A stretch of 64,000 nt of DNA, from the IMG/VR virus record IMGVR_UViG_3300014205_000223, positions 3,875 to 67,874 of that record. One strand, written 5' to 3'. The position numbers and the translations under genes are program-made. The notes below the pieces were generated by a model, which did not search any database, was not told where the DNA came from, and was given only the letters and a program-made list of their open reading frames with translations. Source of the DNA: a virus (Duplodnaviria; Caudoviricetes). Below, piece by piece: positions 48,701 to 57,858 of the stretch. Every line of letters begins with the position of its first letter. Position 1 is the stretch's first letter.

Positions 48701-49307
48701 AAAGCGTAATGGCTGTAGTCGCCTGAGTATATGCCCCTGGCCCAGTTGCAACAATCGCCGTTTTTACCAAAGGCACTCCGGCCTCGCCTGATACATATAC
48801 GTTGTTGTAAATGGTGCCAAGCGTAGTGCTAGACATCTCTACAAAGTACATCCCTGCTGTTGAACCTGAGTATACAGCCCCGGCTGGGAAATACTGATAT
48901 GACGCTGGAATGATCTCAGGTAAAGCTGTGCCTAAAGTTAATGCGCCGTTATCTGCAATCGTTCCGCTAGGCGGTAGTATCATGGGAACAGTCAATATTG
49001 AATAAACCGTTAATTCTGATTTAGTGTACTTTTGTCCGTCGCAGTACCATACCGATCCGTTAATGCCTACATTAGAAAAATAGATAAATCCAACCCCATA
49101 GATACTAGGCAGTAACTTTCCTGCCCATGTGTATGTTGGTATATTTTTCTTCTGTAAGAGTGTATCATTACCGTCAAGCTTCTGAATCCCTTGAAGTGTT
49201 GTATCACTCCCCGTTATCGTACCTGGAGATGAAACGAATCCTAATAAAGTTCCATTAGCAGAGCCGGAAGTGCCACCTGCCGCCGGTGTTATTGATGAAG
49301 TACCCAT
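45768..49307 (-). CDS. large multidomain spike/adhesin: FN3, polysaccharide-lyase-like, FN3, PASTA and right-handed beta-helix
   Basis: Start 49307 coupled (TAATG) to the upstream stop; GGGERAEV...W..LMQLHG...W.DW...Y.K.GLYR (lyase-like); VPNIVGMT...A...ITNAGL (PASTA); ISVKD..YNAVGNG..NDTAAIQAAIN then parallel beta-helix repeats. Confidence 0.8.
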   Translation of the reverse strand: MGTSSITPAAGGTSGSANGTLLGFVSSPGTITGSDTTLQGIQKLDGNDTLLQKKNIPTYTWAGKLLPSIYGVGFIYFSNVGINGSVWYCDGQKYTKSELTVYSILTVPMILPPSGTIADNGALTLGTALPEIIPASYQYFPAGAVYSGSTAGMYFVEMSSTTLGTIYNNVYVSGEAGVPLVKTAIVATGPGAYTQATTAITLLTLPVYGGLLGNGGAIVTRQSWSCINNANAKSVHFYFGTEEINGGSLASHSSVHYSNTVTNTGYTNVQRATPLVSDIVGFDLDTSFTLYEDTSVDFNLTYTAVLSTATDYIILASETTEISSYGNTKTFDVPQPPVTLVAPTGFFANAVSSSRVDLSWNASASASGYKLFRDNVQIALVNGLSYSDTALTPSTLYTYKISAFLAPNTNSPLSANVTATTPAVPASNVLFYGNYDNNVVAAPGTNLNWYGYQTVGQSLTNRITLISDGGTGYYAKYTVYAADNPGGGERAEVVHMQNASGPIYMNLSSGTHVYRFRTKLDSTWSAGVGDGNGAWAILMQLHGPDSPNVGPSGTNPVWALDTCGGVGNNQYMLSMRGGNTDAYGGNDYLLSDSTLAIGSWIDWIVTVKYGSSDATGAIKIERRTRDAAGTGGATVYTTVLDMPNKATLAYQASYNAGAVGDHYLKSGLYRNHETFDAIVYHDGFTMELAGSAPNISGITKTSISSTATDIFWNIDVPATGQVEYGTTTAYGSFTVKENTLLTAHNQSLSGLTPSTLYHFKIHSINSSGIESVTVDQTFTTSAATIAVPNIVGMTAANANTAITNAGLVVGTVTGASGNVTVQSPVAGTVVNTGSSVNYTRAFTNSISVKDSPYNAVGNGVANDTAAIQAAINAIAGTNGTVIVPDGTYMINAVTNNGLNMGSNMTFQMSSGAVLRAIPNSSDSSSVIIADTVSNVTIIGGTVQGERAGHTGSTGEWGHSVRLYNSTNVLVQGVTAIDAWGDGFNVSHNSVNTTFDGVIADNNRRNGLTVGWADGVIVKNSILKNSQGIDPQAGLDVEPNPAAGESSNNIQILNNQVFGNRMMGIVADSYADAPITNLTISGNTIYNNGIVGAESANALILIKTSGAIVSENNVYDNAFNGITIQVDSNNNTVTNNTVTNNAGWGVILYSGSTGNTGTGNTVTGNTRGNIVDFVGGNSIS

Positions 49308-51058
49308 TATGCACCTACCGTTGCTGTTACTGCTGCGCCTGTTCCTGATATTCCTGACAATACGCAATATACATACGGCCATTCTGCATCAATCGGGACA
49401 CCTGTTGAATCAGATGTTGTTCCTGATAAAGTTTGTGTTGCCAATAGCGTTCCATATGTTGTGTTGTTATGATTTGAACCGTACCATGTTATCGTTGCAG
49501 CTACAGCCCCAGTCCCTACCACGTAGGATTGCAATGTCCTTGTGTATGCACCAATCGCAAATACGGCTGATGTTTCATTGGCTGTAACCCCATTTAAAAC
49601 CGTACTAATTACTTTTGACCGGCTTGTAAAGAGAGTCACTAATGCTTGTACGGATGCGCTAATTTGTTTCCATACCTGCATAGCTGTTATTGATGTGGCA
49701 TCAGTAGCCGTACTCTTGGCATCTGTTTTTGCCCCTAATGTGGTATCACCGCCATCAACAATAGTCACTGCATGGCTTGGAACCGAGGCTATTGATACAG
49801 GTTGTGTGGCTTGATAAAAAGTACCAGTAACAGGTACGCTATCATCGGTCGCTATAGTAACTCGTTGCGTTCCTGCGCTTCTGACTCCTGTGCCCATTGC
49901 TATCGCAGCACCGCCTAACTGAGATACGTTTGTTATAGTTCCAGAATCAACTACAGTATGAAGATTTGTACCTGTCGGCTGAGTTACTGCAATCGTTTGT
50001 GACGATGCGACATTAACAGTGCCAATAACCTTTGTTGTTTCTGCTACTAAGGTTGTTTGTGTTGCAAAAGTTCCCGCGTTTGTTACTGCATGAGATGGGA
50101 CAGACGCTAAAGATACTGGCTGAGTAGCCTGATAAAATGTTCCCGTGACTGGCACACTGTCGTCTGTAGCAATCGTTACCCTTTGTGTTCCTGCGCTCCT
50201 TACACCAGTACCCATGGCAATCGATGCGCCATTAAGCTGAGTAAGATTTGTTATGGTTCCAGAATCTACAACAGTATGCAGGTTTGCTCCTGATGTCTGC
50301 GTAACTATGCCGCCACCAGCCCCACCTGCGGTAACGTTTACCCTCAATGCGCCAGTAGTGTCTAATGATAATGGGGACGTTTGTGCAGTAGTATAAACAG
50401 GAGCTGTCGTAGTAACTGCCCCCTGTATTAATGTCCCTGCTTGACCTAATGTTGTTGACCCTTGTTCAACTCCACCTGCCGTTGACCCTGATTTGATATG
50501 GACATCTAGCGCATTGCTTGTAGCTCCTATCACATTGCCTACGCTATCAACAACTTGCGTTTTTTGGGTTCCGTCAGATTGCTTTGTTGATGTAGCCGCC
50601 GATGCTGGCAATGGTAATGATGCTGCACTAATCGGCTGTGTCGCTTGATAAAAAGTCCCTGTAACTGGCGTTATAGGCGCAACAGCTATTGATACCGGCT
50701 GCGTTACTCCAGAACCATCTACCACAACCGTACCAGATAAGGCAACTGTACCGTCTATAGTTATTGAACCGCCAGCATCACTAATAGGTAAAGGCGTATT
50801 ATTCGATACTACTGAGAGAGTGTTTGTATTCGTATCTGACTCAAACAGTATAGCGTTGCCTGTTATCGAGGCGTCAGTATCTCCTTCCGAGTACTGACTG
50901 CCACCGCCAAGCGATACAAGTTGATTACCTGAAGCATCTACTAAAGCGACTGAAACAGCGTCTGTAGCGGAAACAATAGGTATCGCATCTTTTGCTAGAG
51001 TTGCAGTGGCGTATAATAAATCACCACCGACAATATTATTTACTCTTGTAATAGCCAT
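49307..51058 (-). CDS. Thr/Val-rich fibre protein with internal repeats
   Basis: Two copies of about 70 aa NLHTVVDSGTITN..QL.GA.IAMGTGVRSAGTQRVTIATDDSVPVTGTFYQATQPVS.ASVPSHAVT. Confidence 0.7.
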   Translation of the reverse strand: MAITRVNNIVGGDLLYATATLAKDAIPIVSATDAVSVALVDASGNQLVSLGGGSQYSEGDTDASITGNAILFESDTNTNTLSVVSNNTPLPISDAGGSITIDGTVALSGTVVVDGSGVTQPVSIAVAPITPVTGTFYQATQPISAASLPLPASAATSTKQSDGTQKTQVVDSVGNVIGATSNALDVHIKSGSTAGGVEQGSTTLGQAGTLIQGAVTTTAPVYTTAQTSPLSLDTTGALRVNVTAGGAGGGIVTQTSGANLHTVVDSGTITNLTQLNGASIAMGTGVRSAGTQRVTIATDDSVPVTGTFYQATQPVSLASVPSHAVTNAGTFATQTTLVAETTKVIGTVNVASSQTIAVTQPTGTNLHTVVDSGTITNVSQLGGAAIAMGTGVRSAGTQRVTIATDDSVPVTGTFYQATQPVSIASVPSHAVTIVDGGDTTLGAKTDAKSTATDATSITAMQVWKQISASVQALVTLFTSRSKVISTVLNGVTANETSAVFAIGAYTRTLQSYVVGTGAVAATITWYGSNHNNTTYGTLLATQTLSGTTSDSTGVPIDAEWPYVYCVLSGISGTGAAVTATVGA

Positions 51059-51059
51059 G

Positions 51060-51377
51060 TTACACCCCCACAGATACGGTAACTGCGGCTTGTATTCCGC
51101 TGATTTCTGTTAATCTTGCTCTGGCATACGACCACGGATTGTTATTTAAATCGCCATTTGAAGCTATATCAGTACCCGATAATGGTATGGTGAATCCGGG
51201 TATCCAACCTACAAGATCATTGCTGAACTCAACAATAACGGTTGCGGAAACAGAGCCAGAACCTGCTACGGTTGCCTGTACTGTTTGTGGAACTTTTATA
51301 ATTGTTCTATCACCAGGAAGGTGTAATGGAGTGCCTGTGTGCGTTGCGGTAGCGCCGTCTAAAAGTTTGGTAATCAT
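51060..51377 (-). CDS. small virion decoration-like protein
   Basis: VQATVAGSG.VSATV.VE.SND..GW...Y.RARLT.ISG jelly-roll-like pattern; similar to the C-terminus of the upstream gene. Confidence 0.6.
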   Translation of the reverse strand: MITKLLDGATATHTGTPLHLPGDRTIIKVPQTVQATVAGSGSVSATVIVEFSNDLVGWIPGFTIPLSGTDIASNGDLNNNPWSYARARLTEISGIQAAVTVSVGV

Positions 51378-51454
51378 TTAATAATCCTGACGCCTCACGG
51401 CGATAAGTTTGGTTAATTGAAATATGGGTAAAACATGATGTGTGAGTATTTATG

Positions 51455-51488
51455 GCGTATTATACCATGAATTAAATAGTGTTAAATT
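51455..51488 (-). promoter_or_regulatory. late-promoter motif, copy B
   Basis: GCGTATTATACCATGAATTAAATAGTGTTAAATT on the top strand; see copy A. Confidence 0.65.
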
Positions 51489-51493
51489 ATGTG

Positions 51494-51934
51494 CTAAAGC
51501 TGAATTGATTCAGTACCAGCATAGGCGCTGAGATAAACGGTATCTGCCAGTGTGACCGGCACAAACGTCTCACTCACAGAGTCCCAAACCGGGTTCAGAT
51601 AGGGCAGGAAATCGGCTTTTGTGGCTTGGTATTCGGTGATATAGCACGGGGTGTCTACGCCATCAATCAGCTCGCTACCGTCTTTGTACGCGCTTCGGAT
51701 TGACAGCACTTGCCAATCGAGATTATGCGCTGCGAACATGCCTTCTAGCACGGCTTTCGGGAGCAGTTGCGTCATGCGGACATGCAAAAGCTTTCGTCCG
51801 GCGACTGTTTGCGTGCCAACCATCGGAAAGTCCGGCCATTCGCTGCCCAGGCTGCGGATGATAGCCTGCACCTGCCCGGACATCGTATCAAACTCGGTGT
51901 CATTCTGGCAGTTAAAAATAAAGTCTGTGTTCAT
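51494..51934 (-). CDS. hypothetical protein
   Basis: 146 aa with GGAG RBS; visibly GC-richer than its neighbours. Confidence 0.6.
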   Translation of the reverse strand: MNTDFIFNCQNDTEFDTMSGQVQAIIRSLGSEWPDFPMVGTQTVAGRKLLHVRMTQLLPKAVLEGMFAAHNLDWQVLSIRSAYKDGSELIDGVDTPCYITEYQATKADFLPYLNPVWDSVSETFVPVTLADTVYLSAYAGTESIQL

Positions 51935-51943
51935 GGTAAGCTC

Positions 51944-53146
51944 CTAAGTCGTCAAACTTATGAGTTTAGCGTCTTTCAAAGCCTTCTTCCAGATTTTTAT
52001 GTTGCGGATGGTGCCGAACATAAATATAGTATTGCTTTGACCAGTCCCAATACTTATTATGCTTCCAGATATAGTGCCACTGAACGCACCAGAATTAAAC
52101 GTACCATTAAGAGCAATATTTACTTTATGACTTGAAAAGCTCATCGACATTTTATTTACAGAGCCAAATTCATACGCTATATTTCCGACATTATTTACTC
52201 CGTCATAGAAAAATAATTTATCGCTGGTATTTAAATAGAATATCATCGGCGTAGCCCCGATACCTAGTATCCCTCTTGTATTGCTCAACGAAGAACTAAA
52301 TTGCATTACTGTCTCTGCATACACACTGCCGGACGTACCTATAAAATTACCAGCACTTGGATAACTCAGTACATCGGCTGCACGGGTGACTGCTGCGGTA
52401 GTTGTTAAAATTGGACTTGAAGCAAAAGTACCACCTTGATTATCTGCATAGTCAACTGCAATGACATCGCCGCTTGTTGCCAGTTTAAAACCAAAAACCG
52501 GATTGGCTACGGTTTGCGAAAATTGTACTCGTGTATAGGTAGAGGAATTTATCAGGGCAGTAACATCCGTCCATGTTGTACCATTATTAGTCGTTATTGA
52601 TACGGCTCCTGTCCCAGTAACTCGTTTAATGTACGGTTGAAATACTCGGGCGCTAGATGCGAGTGTTACTGTTTGCAACACGGTTGAATCCGCGCCTGTT
52701 GCGGTAAGGGTTGATGCTGCATTAGTAACACCATCAATACCCGTTGCGGTAAGAGCTACTGTTGTTGTGGTGGCTACCCAATTTACATGAGTTAGATCAC
52801 GATTAGGCCAAGCTATGTTAATCCGCGCCCCCTCAGCCAAATAGCCGTGCAGGGTTGCGTCGGGGATGGGTGCGCCATCAGCAAAAACACCAGACCATGT
52901 GTTATTAGATGCTATAAATCTGGCACCTTCAAAGCGCGGTATGCCTGAAGGTATTGTCAATAACTTTTGAGTAGCATCGCTATTATCTGCCTCCAAATAG
53001 CCCATAACTGTAGCTGTTGAACTCCTAGTAAAAGTAGGCGTGCCGCTGCCTGTTGCTTTTTCTGGCACTAGCGAAGTTTTTAGCGCGAGCTCAAAGAGCG
53101 TTGGGTTCGTGTTGCCAAATAAGATTTGTCTGACTGCGGCACGCAT
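51944..53146 (-). CDS. head spike / fibre protein with C-terminal LamG/ConA-like domain
   Basis: TFTRSSTAT, G.L.EGAR.N, Q.GTFASSPI.TT.AAVTRAAD.L, G.IRNIKIW..AL.D..L..LT. Confidence 0.75.
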   Translation of the reverse strand: MRAAVRQILFGNTNPTLFELALKTSLVPEKATGSGTPTFTRSSTATVMGYLEADNSDATQKLLTIPSGIPRFEGARFIASNNTWSGVFADGAPIPDATLHGYLAEGARINIAWPNRDLTHVNWVATTTTVALTATGIDGVTNAASTLTATGADSTVLQTVTLASSARVFQPYIKRVTGTGAVSITTNNGTTWTDVTALINSSTYTRVQFSQTVANPVFGFKLATSGDVIAVDYADNQGGTFASSPILTTTAAVTRAADVLSYPSAGNFIGTSGSVYAETVMQFSSSLSNTRGILGIGATPMIFYLNTSDKLFFYDGVNNVGNIAYEFGSVNKMSMSFSSHKVNIALNGTFNSGAFSGTISGSIISIGTGQSNTIFMFGTIRNIKIWKKALKDAKLISLTT

Positions 53147-53147
53147 C

Positions 53148-53690
53148 TCAGGCGTCCAGAAGATGTATCGTTAACCTTTTTACTGTGCCAGAACCTGGCG
53201 TATAAGCGCCTATTGTTTGCAAAATTACAAAAAGCGATGTACTGATCATCGTTATTGGCTTATTGATTTGATCATTATCAGAAAAAAGCGTACTAATCTC
53301 ATCCACTGGCGTAGCTAATTGCACTTTTCCTAAATATTTTCCGCGATCTGCAACAGGAAAATCCCATGCGTCATTATCAGAAATGGCAGTAGGTGAAGCG
53401 TTGTATAATCTAACATTAAATCCAGCCATGCCTGATGGTACAGCAGTAACATCCACCTCAAGCTCTATTGACGTGATGAATTTTTCACCGGCAAAGGTCA
53501 CGATGTCAGTAAATTCCAGTATCGCAGTAGTCGCATTGCCCACTACATCTAAAGCCGTATAAGGCGTAGTGTTGGCTGGTCTGGTTATAATAACGGTTTT
53601 AGGATGGCCTGAACTTGACAAGGATGTGTTTAATTGTTCAACATACAACGCGCCGGTTGTTGGGTTCTTTTGTATATCACTAATTGGCAT
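53148..53690 (-). CDS. virion structural protein
   Basis: ITRPANTT.Y.A.DVVG, L.LY...PT...DN pattern. Confidence 0.6.
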   Translation of the reverse strand: MPISDIQKNPTTGALYVEQLNTSLSSSGHPKTVIITRPANTTPYTALDVVGNATTAILEFTDIVTFAGEKFITSIELEVDVTAVPSGMAGFNVRLYNASPTAISDNDAWDFPVADRGKYLGKVQLATPVDEISTLFSDNDQINKPITMISTSLFVILQTIGAYTPGSGTVKRLTIHLLDA

Positions 53691-53702
53691 GATGATCTCT
53701 TT

Positions 53703-54002
53703 TTATTCTTTGTGCCTGGACAGATAGAAACTGTCGAAGCGTAAGGTGATGTTCTGGTTGATTTCATCCAGTTTCTTTGATAGTTTATCTACGCTTTGTG
53801 CAAACTCGACCCGGCTATTATTGAACTCGCTACGCTTGACGTAATCACCGGCTATTTCAGATTCAATTTTGTAAAGCTTGTCAGTAAGTTCCTTATTGCT
53901 TTGCTTAAGCTCATTTAAGACACCCCACAATACTCTAGCAAAGGCGCTAATAACCAATATCAACAACGGATGAGTTATATTAATTAATGTTTGAATTTCC
54001 AT
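53703..54002 (-). CDS. single-TM coiled-coil protein
   Basis: N-terminal helix, ...YVKRSEF...KL..KLD.I. Confidence 0.6.
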   Translation of the reverse strand: MEIQTLINITHPLLILVISAFARVLWGVLNELKQSNKELTDKLYKIESEIAGDYVKRSEFNNSRVEFAQSVDKLSKKLDEINQNITLRFDSFYLSRHKE

Positions 54003-54710
54003 TTACCAGTCCTCGTCAGTATCAATTGCATTTTTAAAATAAGATGCTGCGGAAATGGTCAAAGACCTTGGGCTTTCAAACTGATGCTGTCTTACTAACG
54101 CAGAGACAGGATTACCGAATATCTGATTAAACTGGAATAGGTAATATTCTGACTGCTCAGGATTGTAAGCCTCTGCATCTCTCTTTTTGTAACATTCATG
54201 TAATACCCACCATATTAAATCACGATGATTTTCAGCCGGTATTTCAGGCTCCTGAGAACTGTCAGTTATAGCCAAAGCTGGCAATCGATAGGTTTCAAGA
54301 TAAAGATAACTTCCAGCATCGGCAGCGTTAGGGACAGGAGAAACACGCAATTGTCGGCCTGAAATAACCGCATAGACGGTATTTCCGGTCATACCTGTAT
54401 CAGAGCGCCATGAAGGAGATAAAACGTCCATGTCTTCTTTAGTTTTCTTGGTGATATAAGCGCCATTAAAAAGAATGTTCTCAACGACAGTTATCTTTGG
54501 ACTGAGTGCGTAACTGGCTTGCCCAGCTACAAGGGTGATGCGAGTGTAAGCAGTTGTTGTGTCATCGTAAATCAGATTAGCACGGCTACATGCTTGTCGC
54601 TCGGCTTCTGTGAAATACCTAAGCAAGCTTTCATCTGACCATAAATAAGGGAAGAGAACGTCATACAAGTAATCATTCCTAACGGTCGTGATTAACTCGC
54701 TGATTAACAT
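54003..54710 (-). CDS. second adaptor-like protein (DUF6682-like paralog)
   Basis: YLWSDE.LL.YF.EAE.QAC.R, PEIP..H.DL..W.L...Y.K.DAE. Confidence 0.7.
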   Translation of the reverse strand: MLISELITTVRNDYLYDVLFPYLWSDESLLRYFTEAERQACSRANLIYDDTTTAYTRITLVAGQASYALSPKITVVENILFNGAYITKKTKEDMDVLSPSWRSDTGMTGNTVYAVISGRQLRVSPVPNAADAGSYLYLETYRLPALAITDSSQEPEIPAENHRDLIWWVLHECYKKRDAEAYNPEQSEYYLFQFNQIFGNPVSALVRQHQFESPRSLTISAASYFKNAIDTDEDW

Positions 54711-55327
54711 TAGCTGCCTGCCTGTATGACTTTAAATACTATCGTACCTGATGTATAAGAAGTTACTTTAACTCTTACAGCACGGACTGGAACAGTTGAT
54801 GACCCTACTGAATCAGCGGTTGCTGAAGCTTGTACGGTAAAAGCAACTGGTGTAACCGTGCTGTCCTGTACATTATCCAGTGTCCCTTCCAGGGTGTATG
54901 TTGCAACGCCTATATCAATAAAATAACTGTAGTTAAAGGGTTGTGCATAAGTGTTTAACGGTAGCCAAGGTGTTTCAAGAACACCTAAAACGCCTGCTGT
55001 TACCGCTCCTGCTGTTGCAGCATCTACGGTGATAGAAGTGATAGTCTTGAAGTTTTTTGTGCCGCTAGTGGTATTGGTTGCCGCTCCTGCAATTGTTTCA
55101 GTAAGGGCATTGCCAAGCCAGTCGGTGCCGGTTACAATGAATGAACGCGCTGAGTCTGCCCCTGCGCAATAAATTGATACGTGTTGGGCTGTTGCCAAAG
55201 TTACCGTTCCACTTGCAGCGAGAGCACCATTGATGGTGAGTGCTCCTGCCGCCAAAGGTGATTGACTCTGACAGATCCCATCCGCATCAGTCGCTACTGG
55301 ACTGTACGTAATAGGTTTTTGTCTCAT
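54710..55327 (-). CDS. virion structural protein
   Basis: 205 aa, Ala/Thr-rich, SA..F.VTGTD..G..LTETI.G...KNFKTITSI. Confidence 0.65.
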   Translation of the reverse strand: MRQKPITYSPVATDADGICQSQSPLAAGALTINGALAASGTVTLATAQHVSIYCAGADSARSFIVTGTDWLGNALTETIAGAATNTTSGTKNFKTITSITVDAATAGAVTAGVLGVLETPWLPLNTYAQPFNYSYFIDIGVATYTLEGTLDNVQDSTVTPVAFTVQASATADSVGSSTVPVRAVRVKVTSYTSGTIVFKVIQAGS

Positions 55328-55331
55328 GACC

Positions 55332-56111
55332 TTACGCCTGAGTTACGCCAAACAACGTATCGGTAGTAGATGGATCAAATGCAGCCCATATCTCGAAAAG
55401 AACGCCATTACAAGCGGTAGTAGGGTCAATCGTGCCTCTAACATCACCTGTAGTTGCGGTTGCGGTTGTATCGACAGCAACTACAACAGTGCCAACTGCG
55501 TCAATAACGCCAGCTTGATAAGTGGCTAACAGATCAGATTTACTAACCAAACGATAAGGAAGGCCAAGAACATCACCCCATCCAATATTTAATGTATTAG
55601 CGGTTGCGTTTGCTGCTGATGTAATGGCAATTGAGTAAACATACTTGAAAGCCTTTAACCCATCAGCAACAATACTGGTAGCTGTTGCAGCCGAGGTGAT
55701 GGTTTCCGTCATGGGTTGACCGTAAACATCATAGCCTGTCACAGTGATAGTGAGTGCTGCGGTGGTGCCTGAGTCGGCATTGATGGTTGTAATGTTACGA
55801 GGTACATCCAGTACCCAAACTAAACGATCTGCACCATTCAGGAATACGGTAGAAGGAGCGGCAATAGCGCCATCTAAAGGTGATACGGTGTCAGTTGCGG
55901 TCGTGTAGGTTATGGTTGACGCATTTGGCATCTCAGTACTGGTTGCCGCTTTAACGATGCCATCAGCATCAAGCAGAACAGGAGAGCCTAAAGAAACTTT
56001 TGTAAGGGGTTGAAAAGGTACGCCGCTTCTTTCATTTGCAGCGAAGGCTTTAGCGGTGTAACCAGACCCAAAAGAAAGGGAACCCGCATAGGAGATGTGG
56101 TGCTTAGACAT
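55332..56111 (-). CDS. capsid decoration-like protein
   Basis: DVPRN....VTG.DVYGQ.M.E.I...G.KAFK, G.GDVLGLP, ATTGDVRGT..P. Confidence 0.65.
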   Translation of the reverse strand: MSKHHISYAGSLSFGSGYTAKAFAANERSGVPFQPLTKVSLGSPVLLDADGIVKAATSTEMPNASTITYTTATDTVSPLDGAIAAPSTVFLNGADRLVWVLDVPRNITTINADSGTTAALTITVTGYDVYGQPMTETITSAATATSIVADGLKAFKYVYSIAITSAANATANTLNIGWGDVLGLPYRLVSKSDLLATYQAGVIDAVGTVVVAVDTTATATTGDVRGTIDPTTACNGVLFEIWAAFDPSTTDTLFGVTQA

Positions 56112-56280
56112 TGTAATAATCCTGACGCCTCACGGCGATAGAAACTCATAAGAGAAATTGCTTTTAAATAGGCATTGCACCTATTTACGCGAATTGTATC
56201 ACGTTTTTTGTGGTATGTAAAGTTGTTTTTTCAGTATACACCATTATTTTGACAGATGCAATTTTTCTATGTGACAGACA

Positions 56281-56306
56281 ATAAAAAGCCCCGAATGAAC
56301 GGGGCT
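56281..56306 (-). terminator. rho-independent terminator after the major capsid gene
   Basis: Minus strand AGCCCCG-TTCATT-CGGGGCT-TTTTAT. Confidence 0.8.
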
Positions 56307-56334
56307 AGTTTTACTTACTCAGGTACTATTTACA

Positions 56335-57246
56335 TCAACCGCCTTGGCTTCCAAAAATTCCACGAGGATCTGACCAACCAGCCGAGAATCTGGTACGCGC
56401 GGCATATCTCATGTTTCCGGTATTAAATTCAGGCTCCATTTTAGTCTGAACAGGGACACGAATATACATTTTCAATCCGTTATCAGCATCAGTTTTGACG
56501 GCCCACATATCTGGGTCGGTGATCCGTGTTACAATAATAGGATCACGGCCAAAAATGCCTTTACGGTTGATGGCGTTAATGTCATTATCTGGGCTTCCTG
56601 GACGTTGGGTACTGTTCAATATACGGCTTGCTATATATTCCAGTTCAGGAGGAATAACAATATCAGTTGCTCTCAATGCAATAGGGATACCACGATCATC
56701 TTTACATTTGCGAATCTGGATTAAAAGATCTTCCAGCGCCGTTTCGCTAAAATCAGCCGGTGTTGCAAGCAAATTAGAAAACGTACCCCCACCAGCCAAC
56801 GGATGTGAAGCTGAGAATAATGCTACGCCGTCACCACCAGTATAAGAAGAACTGAAACCATTGTTAAGTATTGAAGCAGTTTTGATTTCGATAGCGTGAG
56901 CCATAGAACGAGCGAGTGCTTTTGAATATTTTGCACCCATCGTCATGTACAAATTATCCTCTATAGCCTCTTGTGTGATTTGGAAGCCTAGTGCAATCGT
57001 ATCATGAACATAGCGACTTGTCCAAGCCTCAGCAGCGTCATCATAAGTGATGGCTGTGCCTTCAGGCTTAACAACAGCAGCTCCGAAACCAGTAGTTAAC
57101 TGATCTTCTTCGTAAGCTTTTTTGCTATTTTCAATCTTAAATACTTGCTTGTATTCTTCAGGATGTGAATTATATTCCAGGCCCCATACGGTGTCTAAAC
57201 CCTCTTGCAGTTGTCTAGCGAACTGCGCGCGTGTCATTACGGCCAT
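56335..57246 (-). CDS. major capsid protein (Mu gpT-like podovirus family)
   Basis: RAQF..QL.EGL...G.EY, S.KAYEE....GFG.A..K.EG..I.YD, GGDGV.LF...HP, TGN.RY.AR.R.S.GW.DPRG..G. Confidence 0.9.
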   Translation of the reverse strand: MAVMTRAQFARQLQEGLDTVWGLEYNSHPEEYKQVFKIENSKKAYEEDQLTTGFGAAVVKPEGTAITYDDAAEAWTSRYVHDTIALGFQITQEAIEDNLYMTMGAKYSKALARSMAHAIEIKTASILNNGFSSSYTGGDGVALFSASHPLAGGGTFSNLLATPADFSETALEDLLIQIRKCKDDRGIPIALRATDIVIPPELEYIASRILNSTQRPGSPDNDINAINRKGIFGRDPIIVTRITDPDMWAVKTDADNGLKMYIRVPVQTKMEPEFNTGNMRYAARTRFSAGWSDPRGIFGSQGG

Positions 57247-57830
57247 TAGATACCACCTACGCCAGAAACGACGCCTTTAAGTGCATGTTCTGCGAAGACA
57301 ACTTCAACGTCTGAATAAGCTCCAGCAACGTTTTCGCCGTCATTGATCAAGCGTAAAATACGCAGATGTTTGCCGGTAGTAGCCAAGCCTGTTGATACAT
57401 CCAGGTTAGTAGCTGATTTACCAGTTTTTGTGCTGCCTGCAACAATTTCAACATCGCATAATTGTCCAACGTCAACAGCGGCAACTCCGGTTGCATCTGA
57501 TTGGATGGCATATATGATGTTTGGATCGGTGTAGATGGTCGCTTTGATATTGGTTGCCGCAGTGCTCGCAGGCCAATAGGGTTTGAAGACTTGTGCGCCG
57601 GTTGCGTCAGTATATTGAACGCCGCCGAACACGCCGAAGGTTTGAACTGAAGGTGTTCCGCCAGTGCCAACAGCAATGATGATAGAACCATCAGAGTGTT
57701 GCAGGACAGGATCGCCCGTGAATATGCTAGTTGCGTAACCAGTAGCGATAGGATATTCTTCGCTAGTGATATTGCCACCAGTCATGTGGCGCAAGGGTTT
57801 TAACCCGTACGCGTTGTCTGTGTTGCTCAT
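57246..57830 (-). CDS. capsid-associated (cement-like) protein
   Basis: N.D.A.GL.P......GG, Y.IA..Y.T.IF.GD.V, DP...Y.IQ.D. Confidence 0.7.
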   Translation of the reverse strand: MSNTDNAYGLKPLRHMTGGNITSEEYPIATGYATSIFTGDPVLQHSDGSIIIAVGTGGTPSVQTFGVFGGVQYTDATGAQVFKPYWPASTAATNIKATIYTDPNIIYAIQSDATGVAAVDVGQLCDVEIVAGSTKTGKSATNLDVSTGLATTGKHLRILRLINDGENVAGAYSDVEVVFAEHALKGVVSGVGGI

Positions 57831-57858
57831 TGTTGCCTCCCGGCAATAAGTTTAATTT

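Noticed and set aside
45768-49382. Track start at 49382
   Set aside because: The extra 25 codons overlap the upstream gene; ATG 49307 has TAATG coupling and is preferred.
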